This document shows, in pieces, positions 41,617 to 52,666 of a stretch of 64,000 nucleotides of DNA. Source of the stretch: a bacterium. Lineage in GTDB: Bacteria > Cyanobacteriota > Vampirovibrionia > Gastranaerophilales > JBAXKC01. The stretch is taken from assembly GCA_037137535.1 (NCBI GenBank), contig JBAXKC010000004.1, positions 32,001 through 96,000 of the forward strand, in the 5' to 3' direction. The notes under the pieces were generated by a model. It ran no database searches. It saw nothing but the letters and a program-made list of their open reading frames with translations, and had not been told where the DNA came from. The position numbers and the translations under genes are program-made. Each line of letters begins with the position of its first letter. The first letter of the stretch is position 1.

Positions 41617-41645
41617 TTGACAAAATAAATTTCAACCTATATTAT
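41617..41645 (+). promoter_or_regulatory. Sigma-70-type promoter upstream of the MCP gene
   Basis: TTGACA-N17-TATTAT. Confidence 0.55.
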
Positions 41646-41663
41646 TTAATTATATAAATTATA

Positions 41664-44300
41664 TTGTGGGTTAGAGAGACTTTGAAAAATACAAAAAAAA
41701 GAAAAAAAAGAAAGCTATTATTAAAATTGCTAATTTGGATTTTAATGCTTGTTAGCTTTTCCTTGATTTTAATGAGTATATTTTTAGGAAATATTAGTCA
41801 AAACAATCTTTTAGATACAAGTAAATCATTAAGTGACATGAGTGTTAATTCCGTCCAAAAAACAGGTAATAACATGATAGATGTAACTGAAGGAGTTATG
41901 TCTAAAACAAATACTGATTCCATGAATCTAAGCAGCAAAACCCTTACAGAAACATCTAACTCTCTAGTAAAAGAAAGCAAATCATCAATAGAAGATATTA
42001 GTTCAAAATTAACCAATTTAAGTCATGATAAAATGAATCAGACAAATCATGACATACTGGCTGTAACAGAAAAAGCTATAAAAAACACAGGTGATTCTTT
42101 AATAAATACAAGTCAAAATTATTTAATTGAGGCTGTTACTGACAAAAATAAAAAAGAAGCAGATGAAGTTTCAGGGCAAATTTCTAATTCTATTGGAAAT
42201 TGTATGGATATCCTTGAAATGATAACTAAATTTAAAGATATAAAAAATTTAACTGCTGAAAGTGTCCAATATTTCATTACTTCAGCACAAAAAAGTTATA
42301 TGGTATTAACAAATATTTCCGTTGCAAATAAAACAGGTGATGAAATTGCAAAAGTATCAACCGATGAAGTTGTTACGACAACTGATTTAAAAAACATATC
42401 CACAAATCAAGCATTTGAATCGGCAGTTAAAGGGAAAAAATATATTTCGGAAGTAAAAACAAAACTAGGTTATTCATATGTTACTGTCGGTATCCCAATT
42501 TGGCAATATCCTGGTAGAACATCTGGAGCTTTAATTGCAGATATAAGGCTATCTAATATTACTGAACTTGTAAGTAAAAAACAGATTGGTAAAACAGGAT
42601 TTTGTTTTGTAGTGGATGATAATGGAAAGATTCTTTTCCATCCAAACAGACAAATTAATATTAACGCTTCTGACCTTTTATCTTTAAATAATGAAAAATT
42701 AAAATATAAAATTTTTAAAATCAATTCGAATACAGAGGTTTTAGCTGTTGCATCAAACGTAAAAGCACTTAATAGTAAAGTAATAGTAGTACAGCCAACT
42801 ACTGAAGCATTTAAAGCAGCAGAAGAAATGGAAACAGTTGTACAAAAACAAACAATTCATACATTAAAACTTATGAATTTATCCTCTAATCATGGATTAA
42901 AAATTGCACTTAAAATTATGAATGATGAAGCAAAAAAAGCTGCTTCTGAAAGAGCAATAAAAATGACGCAAAAAACCACTAAAGATATAAATTCAGCTGT
43001 AAATACGTTAAAAGATTCAAGCAAAAAATCTTTAAATTCAGCTTTAAATAATTTAAGACCAATTGCAAAAAATCAATCAGAAAGTGTTTTAAAGGAAATT
43101 CAAGAACAATCAAAGGGTAAAATAATAAAATCAGAAGAAAAAATAGTGTCCCATACTGTAATTTTATTATTCATATTCCTTGCCATATCTTCAGTTATTG
43201 CCGTTTATATGGCAAAAAATATTGCAAATCCAATACAAAATCTTACTCAGGTCGCAGATAAAATTGCTAAAGATGACCTTTCAGGTGAAATACAAATTGA
43301 AGACAGAGAAGAAGAAGAAATTGATAATCTTTATAATACCTTTAACAATATGCAGCATAATTTAAAAGGCATAATTTCTAAAATAGCATCTAATGCTGAA
43401 AATGTATCCTCTTCTTCTAAAGAATTAACTACAATAACTGCTGAATCGAGCAAAGAAATCGAAAATATTGTTATAGCTATTCAAAATGTGGCAAATGGTG
43501 CAAAAAATCAGTTAGACTTATCAGAAAATACAAAAACTATAGCCTATAAAATAGCAGAAGAAAGCCTGCAAATAAAAACAACTACAACAGCGGTTATTGA
43601 TTCATCTAATATAGCAAATGACAAAGCTCTTTTTGGAAGTAAAGTATTAAATGAACTTGTCATCCAAATGAATGTTATTAACGAAAAAATCAACTATTCG
43701 GGAGAAATTGTTAATGTACTTGAAAAGCAGGCAGAGCAAATCAATAAAATTATTGAAATGATTACCTCTATTTCAGAACAAACCAACCTTTTATCACTAA
43801 ATGCAGCAATAGAAGCCGCAAGAGCCGGTGAAAACGGAAAAGGTTTTGCGGTTGTAGCTGATGAAGTAAGAAAGTTAGCAACTCTATCAAAGAAATCAGC
43901 TGGAGAAGTTAATACCGTTATCTCTGAAATTAAAAAAGAAATTGCTAATGTCGTTAATTCTATTAAAGATGGAAGTACAGCAGTAAAATCCGGATTAGAA
44001 AAAACAAATGATGCTAATACATCTTTTAAAGATATTATAAACTCCTTTAAAGATGTTTCATCGCAGGTAAGTAACGTCTCTGAATTAATTATTAATATTA
44101 ATACAGGAATACAGGAGATGGTAGGGAAAATAAATACCATATCTGAAATATCAAAAATAGCCTCAGATAAAACACATGATGTTGTTTCTTCAGTTGAGGA
44201 ACAGAATGCATCGATGGAAGAAATTGCAGGAACGGCGTCAATGCTTTCTCAAATGTCTTCAGATTTAATAAATGTAGTAAAATCATTCAAGTTAAACTAA
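41664..44300 (+). CDS. Methyl-accepting chemotaxis protein (dCache + HAMP)
   Basis: Two TMs; Cache [53 protein letters not shown]. Exact start uncertain. Confidence 0.95.
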   Translation: MWVRETLKNTKKRKKRKLLLKLLIWILMLVSFSLILMSIFLGNISQNNLLDTSKSLSDMSVNSVQKTGNNMIDVTEGVMSKTNTDSMNLSSKTLTETSNSLVKESKSSIEDISSKLTNLSHDKMNQTNHDILAVTEKAIKNTGDSLINTSQNYLIEAVTDKNKKEADEVSGQISNSIGNCMDILEMITKFKDIKNLTAESVQYFITSAQKSYMVLTNISVANKTGDEIAKVSTDEVVTTTDLKNISTNQAFESAVKGKKYISEVKTKLGYSYVTVGIPIWQYPGRTSGALIADIRLSNITELVSKKQIGKTGFCFVVDDNGKILFHPNRQININASDLLSLNNEKLKYKIFKINSNTEVLAVASNVKALNSKVIVVQPTTEAFKAAEEMETVVQKQTIHTLKLMNLSSNHGLKIALKIMNDEAKKAASERAIKMTQKTTKDINSAVNTLKDSSKKSLNSALNNLRPIAKNQSESVLKEIQEQSKGKIIKSEEKIVSHTVILLFIFLAISSVIAVYMAKNIANPIQNLTQVADKIAKDDLSGEIQIEDREEEEIDNLYNTFNNMQHNLKGIISKIASNAENVSSSSKELTTITAESSKEIENIVIAIQNVANGAKNQLDLSENTKTIAYKIAEESLQIKTTTTAVIDSSNIANDKALFGSKVLNELVIQMNVINEKINYSGEIVNVLEKQAEQINKIIEMITSISEQTNLLSLNAAIEAARAGENGKGFAVVADEVRKLATLSKKSAGEVNTVISEIKKEIANVVNSIKDGSTAVKSGLEKTNDANTSFKDIINSFKDVSSQVSNVSELIININTGIQEMVGKINTISEISKIASDKTHDVVSSVEEQNASMEEIAGTASMLSQMSSDLINVVKSFKLN

Positions 44301-44330
44301 CTTAAGCTGAATTAAAAAGGAGATCAAATT

Positions 44331-45170
44331 TTGTTTAAAAAATTACTAGTTTCTTCACTTATTGTAGCTGCTTTTGTATCAATTCAAAGTAACCCATGTA
44401 AAGCAGAACAGGCTTTTAGAATTTCAGGCTCAACAACTATGCAGCCTTTATCTAATGATGCGGCTGATTTATATTCAAAAAAATACGGCGAAACAATTCT
44501 TGTAGAAGGTGGTGGTAGTGGTGTTGGAATAAAAGATGCTATTTCTGGAGCCTCTAGTCTAGGATCTTCAACAAGAGCATTAACAGATGCAGAAAAAGTA
44601 TTAGTAACCTCTGTAACAGTTGCTCGTGATGCACTAGATGTTATTGTAAATGAAAAGAATCCTGTGAAAAACCTAACAAGAGCTAATATTACTGATATTT
44701 TCAGTGGTAAAATTACAAACTGGAAAGAACTAGGTGGCCCAGATGCTCCTATATTTATCGTAAAACAGCCTAATGATTTTGCCGAAACGATCCAGCTAGA
44801 AAAATATTCAGGATTAAAAAATGCAGAATCAGCTGAAAGTGGAGTAAATGGAAAATTTACATCTAAAACTGAAACAATATCCTCTAACCTTGACCTAGTA
44901 TCTTATGTAGGTGAAAACCCAACTGCAATAGGCTATTGTTCAAATGGTACGGCAGTTACTTTTAAAGAGCAAGGTATAGCAGTAAAAATTGTTTCTTTAG
45001 ACGGGGTTACTCCATCAAAAGAGACTGTATTTAACCATACTTACCCAGTACCAAGAGAATTAAATTATGTTTATAAAACATTAAACCCAAAAACAGAGAA
45101 ATTTCTAAAAATCTTTTCAACTCCAGAAGGTAAAGATTTAATGTTAAAACAAGGCTTTTTAATTGATTAA
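44331..45170 (+). CDS. PstS-like phosphate-binding periplasmic protein
   Basis: Signal peptide; SGSTT, GGGSGVG and IFSGKITNWKELGG motifs. Confidence 0.85.
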   Translation: MFKKLLVSSLIVAAFVSIQSNPCKAEQAFRISGSTTMQPLSNDAADLYSKKYGETILVEGGGSGVGIKDAISGASSLGSSTRALTDAEKVLVTSVTVARDALDVIVNEKNPVKNLTRANITDIFSGKITNWKELGGPDAPIFIVKQPNDFAETIQLEKYSGLKNAESAESGVNGKFTSKTETISSNLDLVSYVGENPTAIGYCSNGTAVTFKEQGIAVKIVSLDGVTPSKETVFNHTYPVPRELNYVYKTLNPKTEKFLKIFSTPEGKDLMLKQGFLID

Positions 45171-45183
45171 TTCTATTTGAAAT

Positions 45184-45479
45184 CAGGAGTTACGCAAAGT
45201 ATCAAAACTGCTGAAAATAAAGTATTATTTTAATAGCTGTGCTTAAATGAATCTCACAATGAGTACTTTGACCATTAACCATAATGAGTTTTGCTTCAAA
45301 AAGAGATTATTTTTAGAGTTTTTTATGAAAATTTAGAATATAACTCTAGTTTTTTGAATAAATAACCATGGTTTTATATATGCAGTAGTAGTCGCAATAC
45401 TAGCTATAGGATTCATTTAGGTTTAGGCATCGCTACAATCCAATAGAGTTAGCTCTTAAACAATTTTGCGTAACTCCTG
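45184..45479. mobile_element. 296-bp MITE / internally deleted IS
   Basis: Perfect 15-bp TIRs CAGGAGTTACGCAAA (45184-98 and 45465-79), flanked by direct repeat TTGAAAT (45177-83 and 45480-86); no transposase ORF. Confidence 0.88.
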
Positions 45480-45491
45480 TTGAAATATTTG

Positions 45492-45527
45492 ATAAGAACC
45501 TCTTATAATAAGAGGTTCTTATTTTTT
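45492..45527 (+). terminator. Intrinsic terminator of the MCP-PstS-like unit
   Basis: ATAAGAACCTCTTAT-A-ATAAGAGGTTCTTAT followed by a T-run. Confidence 0.75.
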
Positions 45528-45597
45528 AACGGTTATTGAAATAAAATACTGACTAAAAATTAATTAGTCAGTATCTTCTCAAATTATTTATAAGTAA

Positions 45598-47040
45598 CTA
45601 TTTAGAACAACATGCAGCTGTTTTTTTAGCTGCTAAATATTCGTTAATAGCTTTAGCTGCTTTTTTACCAGCGCCCATCGCATTAATAGCATTTGATTCG
45701 CCAACAGGAGCAACGTCACCACCTGCATAAACGCCGTCAAGGTTAGTTAAGCCTGTTTCTTTATCAACTATAATGTAACCTCTTCTGTCAACTTGAAGAT
45801 CCATTCCCTCTTCAACTGCAGAACGTTGAATAATCGGATTAGGATTTGTGCCTAAAGCAACAATTACAGTATCAAATTCAATATCAACGATATTATCTTT
45901 AATTGCTACAGGTCTTCTTCTTCCACTTTCATCAGGCTCACCAAGTTCCATCACTTGAAGTTTAACAGCTTTTGAATATCCATTTTCACCAATAATTTCA
46001 AGAGGTGCATGTAAGAATAAGAATTCAACTCCTTCTTCTTTAGCATGTTCAATTTCAGCTTTTCTGGCAGGAAGCTCGGCTTCAGTACGTCTATAAACAA
46101 TTGTTACATTATCAAAACCAATTCTTTTTGCAGTTCTTGCCGCATCCATAGCAGTATTTCCACCGCCAAATACAGCACATTTTCTGCCAAACCTAATTGG
46201 AGTAGGCGTTTCAGGTCTATTTGCTCTCATAAGATTTACTCGAGTTAAAAACTCATTAGCAGAGAAAACTCCGTTAAAGTTTTCGCCGGAGATTTCTAAC
46301 ATTTTAGGTAAACCTGCTCCGCTACAAATGAAAATAGCATCAAAACCATCTTCTTTCAGATCATTTATTGAAAGTGATTTGCCGATTATTACGTTTTTCT
46401 TGAACTCAACGCCCATCTCGACTAAATTATTTAATTCTCTATCAAGAGCAGTTCTAGGAAGTCTAAATTCAGGAATTCCATATCTTAAAACACCGCCTAA
46501 TGAGTGTAACGCTTCAAAAACAGTTACTTTATGACCTGCTTTAGCTAAATCGGCAGCCGCAGAAATCCCTGCACATCCTGAACCAATAACAGCAACTTTT
46601 TGTCCTGACTGTGGTAAGTCAACTTTTTCAGCACTTGAATTATCGCCGACATATCTTTCAAGACAACCGATTGCAACGGGTTTATCCTTAATACCTACGA
46701 CACAAGCGCCTTCGCATTGTCTTTCCTGAGGGCAAACTCTACCGCATACAGATGGTAAAAGACTGCTATTTCGTATAATTTTACCTGCTTCATCAATATT
46801 TCCTTCAGAAACCTTAGTGATAAAACCGGGTATATCAATATTAACAGGACATCCTTTTACGCAACGAGCATTTTTACATTGAAGGCATCTACTTGCCTCT
46901 AATGCAGCCTGTTCTTTCGTAAAATTCTGTTCAACTTCTTCAAAGTTTTTATTTCTATAATCAGGATCCAATGTTGGTGGATGCTGTCTTTCTGCTTTTT
47001 CTTTTGCCATTTGTAATAATTCCTTCGCTATTATACTCAT
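45598..47040 (-). CDS. GltD-like NAD(P)H-dependent Fe-S flavoprotein (glutamate synthase small subunit/SudA/NfnB type)
   Basis: RCLQC...CVKGCP, CGRVCPQERQCEGAC, YGIPEFRL and GGGNTAMD motifs. Confidence 0.9.
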   Translation of the reverse strand: MSIIAKELLQMAKEKAERQHPPTLDPDYRNKNFEEVEQNFTKEQAALEASRCLQCKNARCVKGCPVNIDIPGFITKVSEGNIDEAGKIIRNSSLLPSVCGRVCPQERQCEGACVVGIKDKPVAIGCLERYVGDNSSAEKVDLPQSGQKVAVIGSGCAGISAAADLAKAGHKVTVFEALHSLGGVLRYGIPEFRLPRTALDRELNNLVEMGVEFKKNVIIGKSLSINDLKEDGFDAIFICSGAGLPKMLEISGENFNGVFSANEFLTRVNLMRANRPETPTPIRFGRKCAVFGGGNTAMDAARTAKRIGFDNVTIVYRRTEAELPARKAEIEHAKEEGVEFLFLHAPLEIIGENGYSKAVKLQVMELGEPDESGRRRPVAIKDNIVDIEFDTVIVALGTNPNPIIQRSAVEEGMDLQVDRRGYIIVDKETGLTNLDGVYAGGDVAPVGESNAINAMGAGKKAAKAINEYLAAKKTAACCSK

Positions 47041-47087
47041 GATAATTTTTAATTTATATCATGCTCTTGTTGTCCATGGCTAGAGAT

Positions 47088-48914
47088 TTATACTCTTTCT
47101 TCTCTAACTTTATCCATAATTGCTTCAAACTCTTTCTCATCAAGGGTTTCTTTCTCTAAAAGAACCTTAACAATTGCTTCAACCATATCTTTATTATCTT
47201 CAATTATAGTTTTAGCAAATTCATATCTTTCTTCAATTAAAGTTTTTATTTCTTTATCAATTAAAGAAGCGACTTCTTCTGAAAAGTTTCTATCTGAGCC
47301 AAAATCTCTGCCCATAAATACATGTTCATTTTTCTTACCATAAGCAATATGACCAAGTTTATCACTCATACCAAAGGTTGTAACCATTTTTCTCGCTAGA
47401 TCAGTTGCTCTTTCAATATCATTTGAAGCACCTGTTGTTATTTCATCAGCACCAAAGAACATTTCTTCCGCAATTCTTCCACCAAGAAGCATAGCAATTC
47501 TATCTAATAACTGAGATTTTTTATAGGTAAGATGATCTTTTTCAGGTAAGGTCATTGTTACACCCAATGCCATACCTCTAGGAATAATCGTAACTTTATG
47601 AAGCGGATCACTATTTTTAAGGAATTTTGCTAAAAGAGCATGACCAACTTCGTGATAAGCTGTATTTTCTTTTTCTTCTTCTGTAATTATTCTACTTTTC
47701 TTTTCAGGACCTGCAATAATTTTATCGATAGCATCTTCTAAATCAGGCATTTCAATTTGAGTTTTCTCATGTCTTGCCGCAAGAAGAGCTGCTTCATTAA
47801 GAAGATTTGATAAATCAGCACCAGTAAAGCCAGGGGTTCTTTTTGCAATTGTTTTAATATCAACATCAGGAGCAAGAGGTTTTCCTTTTGAATGAACCTC
47901 AAGAATCTGCTCTCTACCAAGGATGTCAGGCTTATCAATAATAACCTGTCTGTCAAATCTACCCGGTCTTAAAAGAGCATTATCAAGAATGTCAGGTCTG
48001 TTAGTAGCCGCTATTATAATAATACCTGTACTACCGTCAAATCCATCCATTTCAACAAGAAGCTGGTTAAGAGTCTGTTCTCTTTCGTCATGTCCACCGC
48101 CCATTCCTGCGCCTCTTTGTCTGCCTACAGCATCTATTTCATCAATAAATACAATGCTGGAATCATGTTTCTTAGCCTGTTCAAAAAGGTCTCTAACCCT
48201 TGAAGCACCGACACCAACGAACATCTCAACAAAGTCAGAACCACTTATACTGAAGAACGGGACTCCTGCTTCACCCGCAACAGCTTTTGCTATAAGTGTT
48301 TTACCTGTACCAGGTGAACCTACAAGAAGAACACCTCTAGGAATTTTTGCACCAAGAGCTGTGTATCTTTGCGGATTTTTCAAGAAGTCTACAACTTCTT
48401 CAAGTTCTTTTTTAGCTTCATCAATACCAGCGACATCAGTAAATTTAACTTTTACATTTTTATCCATAGAAAGTTTAGCTCTGCTTTTACCAAAGGACAT
48501 AGCTTGAGAGCCACCACCCTGTACACTTCTAAACATTAAGAACAAGGCAACTACAAGCAACACAGGTAGGAATAACGATCCTATAAGCCCCATCCACTGC
48601 CATGAATTATTTTGAGCAGTAACTGAAACATCAACCTTATGAGCATCCAGTTTATCCCATAATGTTGGTGTATTTGACGGCATATAGACTTTATAAGCCT
48701 TTGGAGCTTTATAATTTGCAAGTACATAATTATCATATACTTTTACGTTTTTAATTTCGTTTTTATTCACCTTTGATAAAAACTGACTGTAAGAGATTTC
48801 TGAGATCGAAGTATCAGCCTTTGACATAAACAAAGTCAAAATAAACAAGCCTCCAATAAGGAGCAAGATAATCATCAAGCCTGCTGTTTGATTGTTCTTT
48901 TCATTTTTTTGCAT
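47088..48914 (-). CDS. ftsH: ATP-dependent zinc metalloprotease FtsH
   Basis: Two TMs; [20 protein letters not shown] and HEVGH motifs. Confidence 0.98.
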   Translation of the reverse strand: MQKNEKNNQTAGLMIILLLIGGLFILTLFMSKADTSISEISYSQFLSKVNKNEIKNVKVYDNYVLANYKAPKAYKVYMPSNTPTLWDKLDAHKVDVSVTAQNNSWQWMGLIGSLFLPVLLVVALFLMFRSVQGGGSQAMSFGKSRAKLSMDKNVKVKFTDVAGIDEAKKELEEVVDFLKNPQRYTALGAKIPRGVLLVGSPGTGKTLIAKAVAGEAGVPFFSISGSDFVEMFVGVGASRVRDLFEQAKKHDSSIVFIDEIDAVGRQRGAGMGGGHDEREQTLNQLLVEMDGFDGSTGIIIIAATNRPDILDNALLRPGRFDRQVIIDKPDILGREQILEVHSKGKPLAPDVDIKTIAKRTPGFTGADLSNLLNEAALLAARHEKTQIEMPDLEDAIDKIIAGPEKKSRIITEEEKENTAYHEVGHALLAKFLKNSDPLHKVTIIPRGMALGVTMTLPEKDHLTYKKSQLLDRIAMLLGGRIAEEMFFGADEITTGASNDIERATDLARKMVTTFGMSDKLGHIAYGKKNEHVFMGRDFGSDRNFSEEVASLIDKEIKTLIEERYEFAKTIIEDNKDMVEAIVKVLLEKETLDEKEFEAIMDKVREERV

Positions 48915-49202
48915 TAATTATCCCTCTAATTCTTATTACATATATATTATATTCATCAACATAAAGAATAGATTTCTAGCATTAATATACATTACAATTT
49001 TACTATAATTTTAATTTTTGTAAAAATTTTTTACAAAATAATCAACAAATAACTTCCTAAATGTTTATATAGAGTAAACTAAAGTCTAAAGATTAATAAT
49101 ATTGGATTATTTACATGATAGCTCCATCGTATTAAGATAGTCATGATAGAATACCAGGAATCGATTATTGACCTTCCGGACAAAATTTAAGGAGACACTC
49201 CA

Positions 49203-50507
49203 TTGAGCGACAAGATTATAATAAGAGGTGGCAGAGAGCTTTCCGGAGAAGTTTGTATAGGCGGAGCTAAAAATGCAGTGCTGAAGCTTATGGCAGCTGC
49301 CATTCTTTTAGATGACGAATGCATATTACATAATGTTCCCGAACTCACTGACGTAAGAACTATGATTGAGGTTATGAACAGTCTGGGCGTAAAAACAGAC
49401 TACAAACCTGAAACTAAATATCTCAAAATAGATGCAAGCCATATAACAAATTATGAAGCAAATTATGAATTTGTAAGTAAAATGAGAGCTTCATTCAACG
49501 TATTGGGTGCACTTCTTGGAAGATGCAAAGAAGCTAAAGTAGCATTACCTGGTGGTTGCGCTATTGGTGAAAGAAGAATAGACTTTCATATTAAAGGACT
49601 TGAAGCATTAGGTGCTCAAATAAAAATTGAGGGCGGATATGTTATAGCAAAAGCTAAAAAACTTGTGGGTGCAGAAATTTACCTCGATAGACCGAGTGTG
49701 GGAGCAACCGAAAACTTAATGATTGCTGCTGTTCTTGCAGAAGGCTCAACACTTCTTAAAAATGCAGCTCAAGAACCTGAAATCGTCGATCTTGCTAACT
49801 TCTTGAATGCATTAGGAGCTGATATATCTGGTGCAGGAACATCTGAAATCATTATTAACGGTGTAAAACAAGAAAATTTAAAATCAATAACTTATACTAC
49901 AATTCCTGACAGAATTGAAGCAGGTACATATATGGCTGCGGTTGCAGCTACAAGAGGAAAAGTAATAATAAAAAATATTTTTCCAAATCAAGTAAGCGCA
50001 ATGGCAAATAAACTTAGTGCAATGGGCGTAAATATTCACTTATTAGACCCGTTCAGCATAGAAGTAAGCTGTCAATCAAGAACTAAAGCTGTTGATGTAG
50101 TAACTCAACCCCATCCCGGCTTTCCAACAGATTTACAATCGCCAATTATGGCTGCTTTAACTGTATCCAAAGGAATAAGTGTTATCACCGAAAGCATTTA
50201 TGAAAACAGATTCAGGCAAATAGGCGAATTAAGAAGAATGGGAGCCGATGTTCAACAAGAAGGTTCACATGCAATAATAAAAGGTGTAAAATCATTAACA
50301 GGAACACAAGTAAGAGCAAGTGACCTTAGAGCAGGAGCTGCATTAATAGTTGCAAGTTTATGTGCTAACGGTACTTCTGAAATTCTTGATCTTCATCACA
50401 TAGATAGAGGTTATGAAAACTTAATTGAAAAATTAACTTCATTAGGTGCAGATGTTCAAAGAGTTCCACTTGATGTAAATGATACTCTTACCCCAATTCT
50501 TCAATAA
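49203..50507 (+). CDS. murA: UDP-GlcNAc 1-carboxyvinyltransferase
   Basis: GAKN, LPGGCAIG, SVGATEN, PGFPTD and DLRAG motifs; TTG start after AAGGAG. Confidence 0.97.
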   Translation: MSDKIIIRGGRELSGEVCIGGAKNAVLKLMAAAILLDDECILHNVPELTDVRTMIEVMNSLGVKTDYKPETKYLKIDASHITNYEANYEFVSKMRASFNVLGALLGRCKEAKVALPGGCAIGERRIDFHIKGLEALGAQIKIEGGYVIAKAKKLVGAEIYLDRPSVGATENLMIAAVLAEGSTLLKNAAQEPEIVDLANFLNALGADISGAGTSEIIINGVKQENLKSITYTTIPDRIEAGTYMAAVAATRGKVIIKNIFPNQVSAMANKLSAMGVNIHLLDPFSIEVSCQSRTKAVDVVTQPHPGFPTDLQSPIMAALTVSKGISVITESIYENRFRQIGELRRMGADVQQEGSHAIIKGVKSLTGTQVRASDLRAGAALIVASLCANGTSEILDLHHIDRGYENLIEKLTSLGADVQRVPLDVNDTLTPILQ

Positions 50508-50519
50508 CAAAGGGACAAA

Positions 50520-50864
50520 ATGGCAAACTTTAAAAGATGGTACGATCATGATCCTCTATTGATGGAGGTTATGGACATATTAGAGAACTATCAGGAAGAA
50601 CTCAAAGATCAGGCACTTGTTTTTTTAGATAAAATAGAAAAACAAGTCGGAAAAGAGATGATAGATGCTTTTTATGCGTCAATAAAACCTCAAATAAAAG
50701 GCAACAGATGGTATGATCATGATCCTTTAATTTCTAAAACCATCGAATTACTGAGAGTGGTACCACCTGAAATCCAAAAAAAAGCCGCTGAAGGCTTCTT
50801 GCAAGCACTAAAACAAAAGGGATTAACCCCAGAACTCTTAAATGAAGCCAAAAGTGAAGATTAA
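50520..50864 (+). CDS. Hypothetical protein with duplicated RWYDHDPL motif
   Basis: Two internal RWYDHDPL repeats. Confidence 0.8.
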   Translation: MANFKRWYDHDPLLMEVMDILENYQEELKDQALVFLDKIEKQVGKEMIDAFYASIKPQIKGNRWYDHDPLISKTIELLRVVPPEIQKKAAEGFLQALKQKGLTPELLNEAKSED

Positions 50865-50909
50865 AACTAAAAATGGTATTGATTAATTCAATACCATTTT
50901 TAGTTTTAA
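50861..50909. terminator. 22-bp-arm perfect inverted repeat between convergent genes
   Basis: TTAAAACTAAAAATGGTATTGA-TTAAT-TCAATACCATTTTTAGTTTTAA. Confidence 0.75.
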
Positions 50910-50933
50910 AAGCATAAATAATAAAAAGTTCAA

Positions 50934-50968
50934 AAAAATGCTGTCAACACTTCGTTAACAGCATTTTT
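50934..50968 (-). terminator. Hairpin downstream of pyk
   Basis: AAAAATGCTGT...ACAGCATTTTT. Confidence 0.6.
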
Positions 50969-50984
50969 AATATAACTCAAATTA

Positions 50985-52430
50985 TTATGCGTTTGTTCTT
51001 GTTGAACCAACTTGATGAAGTCTGATGAAATTTGTTCTTCCAACAGCCATTTCAGGTAATCCGCCTGTGATGATAATTTTATCACCAGGATTTAACAATT
51101 TTTGATCAATAAGCATATCATCTAATTTTTTAAGAAGATCTTCTGTAAAGTTTTTCTCATATTCGATACAGAAAGGATAAACATCCCAGAAAAGAGCTAA
51201 TCTTCTGCAAACTTCTTCTCTATCAGTAATTGCGAATATAGGCACAGAAGGTTTAGCTTTTGAAAGCAGTCTACCTGTATAACCTGAACGTGTAAATGCA
51301 ACGATAGCATTAACTTCTACTTCATTTACCATTCTGATTACTGAAGTTGCAATAGCTTGTGAATCTAATTCATATATTTCTCTAGCTTTATCAGCATACT
51401 GATTTGATTTATAAGCTGTACTTGATTCAATATTTTCAGCAATCATTGACATCATACTTACTGCTTCAACAGGATAAGCACCAACAGCAGTTTCAGCTGA
51501 TAACATTACAGCATCAGAACCGTCAAGAATAGCGTTAGCTACGTCACTTGCTTCAGCTCTTGTAGGAATAGGACTTTCGATCATTGACTCAAGCATTTGT
51601 GTCGCTGTAATAACCGCTCTTCTTTGAGCATTAGCTTCATCAATAATTCTTTTTTGAACCAGTGGCACTTTTTCAGGGGAAATTTCGATACCTAAATCGC
51701 CTCTAGCAACCATTACGCCTTCAGAAGCAGCAATAATTGAGTTTAAATTTTCTACCGCTTGAGGTTTTTCAATTTTAGCAATGATAGGAATTTCGCCACC
51801 AAAATCATTTATGTATTTCTTAGCAAGAATAATATCATCTCTTGTTCTTACGAAAGAAAGAGCGATATAATCTACGTTATTTTCAACACCAAACTTGATG
51901 AAAGTTACATCTCTTTCAGTTACAGCTGATAAACTTGCCGTTGTTCCAGGAATGTTTAACCCTTTTCTTGAAGTTAAAGGTCCGCCATAAATAACTTCAA
52001 CATCAACTTCACCAGGCCTTACAGCTAAAGCTTTCAAGCCAATTTTGCCGTCATTTAAAAGAACTTTGTCGCCGGGCTGAACATCATTTGCAATACCTGC
52101 GTAATCAACAGGAATTACATTTGGTTCATCAGTTTCAAGCATAGGTTTAATTGTATACTTTTCACCATTAACAAGATCCATTTGAGCTTTAAGATTTCCA
52201 ACTCTTATTTTAGGTCCTTGTAAGTCTAATAAGATAGAAACAAAGATATTAAGATCTTTTGAAACTTTTCTTACTAACTCAATGTTTCCTTTATGAAACT
52301 CAGGTGTACCGTGGGATGTGTTAACTCTAAAAATTCTAACACCCGCTTTAATAAGCTCTGCCATTCTTTCCTCAGAATTTGAAGCAGGTCCGAGCGTTGC
52401 TACAATCTTTGTCTTTATCAGTTTATCCAT
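50985..52430 (-). CDS. pyk: Pyruvate kinase
   Basis: TKIVATLGP, DLQGPKIR, MVARGDLG and TQMLESM motifs. Confidence 0.98.
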   Translation of the reverse strand: MDKLIKTKIVATLGPASNSEERMAELIKAGVRIFRVNTSHGTPEFHKGNIELVRKVSKDLNIFVSILLDLQGPKIRVGNLKAQMDLVNGEKYTIKPMLETDEPNVIPVDYAGIANDVQPGDKVLLNDGKIGLKALAVRPGEVDVEVIYGGPLTSRKGLNIPGTTASLSAVTERDVTFIKFGVENNVDYIALSFVRTRDDIILAKKYINDFGGEIPIIAKIEKPQAVENLNSIIAASEGVMVARGDLGIEISPEKVPLVQKRIIDEANAQRRAVITATQMLESMIESPIPTRAEASDVANAILDGSDAVMLSAETAVGAYPVEAVSMMSMIAENIESSTAYKSNQYADKAREIYELDSQAIATSVIRMVNEVEVNAIVAFTRSGYTGRLLSKAKPSVPIFAITDREEVCRRLALFWDVYPFCIEYEKNFTEDLLKKLDDMLIDQKLLNPGDKIIITGGLPEMAVGRTNFIRLHQVGSTRTNA

Positions 52431-52666
52431 TGTTTTCTCCTTGATATTAACGGAAAATTCTTTTATAACTACCAGCTGAAGATTAGTTTAAAACAAAAAA
52501 ACTTCTAATAAAAGAAGTTTATGCTCTTCAAAAATAGAATAAAAAAAAATAGGCTGAGATACAAGCTAATTTTTTTTAAAATAAAGATTTTACTAAGATT
52601 TTAATTAAGCTGTTTTTTTGTTATTAAATAAGTATGGTTATAGCTTTAAATAAAAGGAATTTGCAG

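Noticed and set aside
47923-48507. 194-aa plus-strand ORF
   Set aside because: Antisense shadow of the conserved FtsH AAA domain. The same applies to the other short ORFs overlapping long genes.
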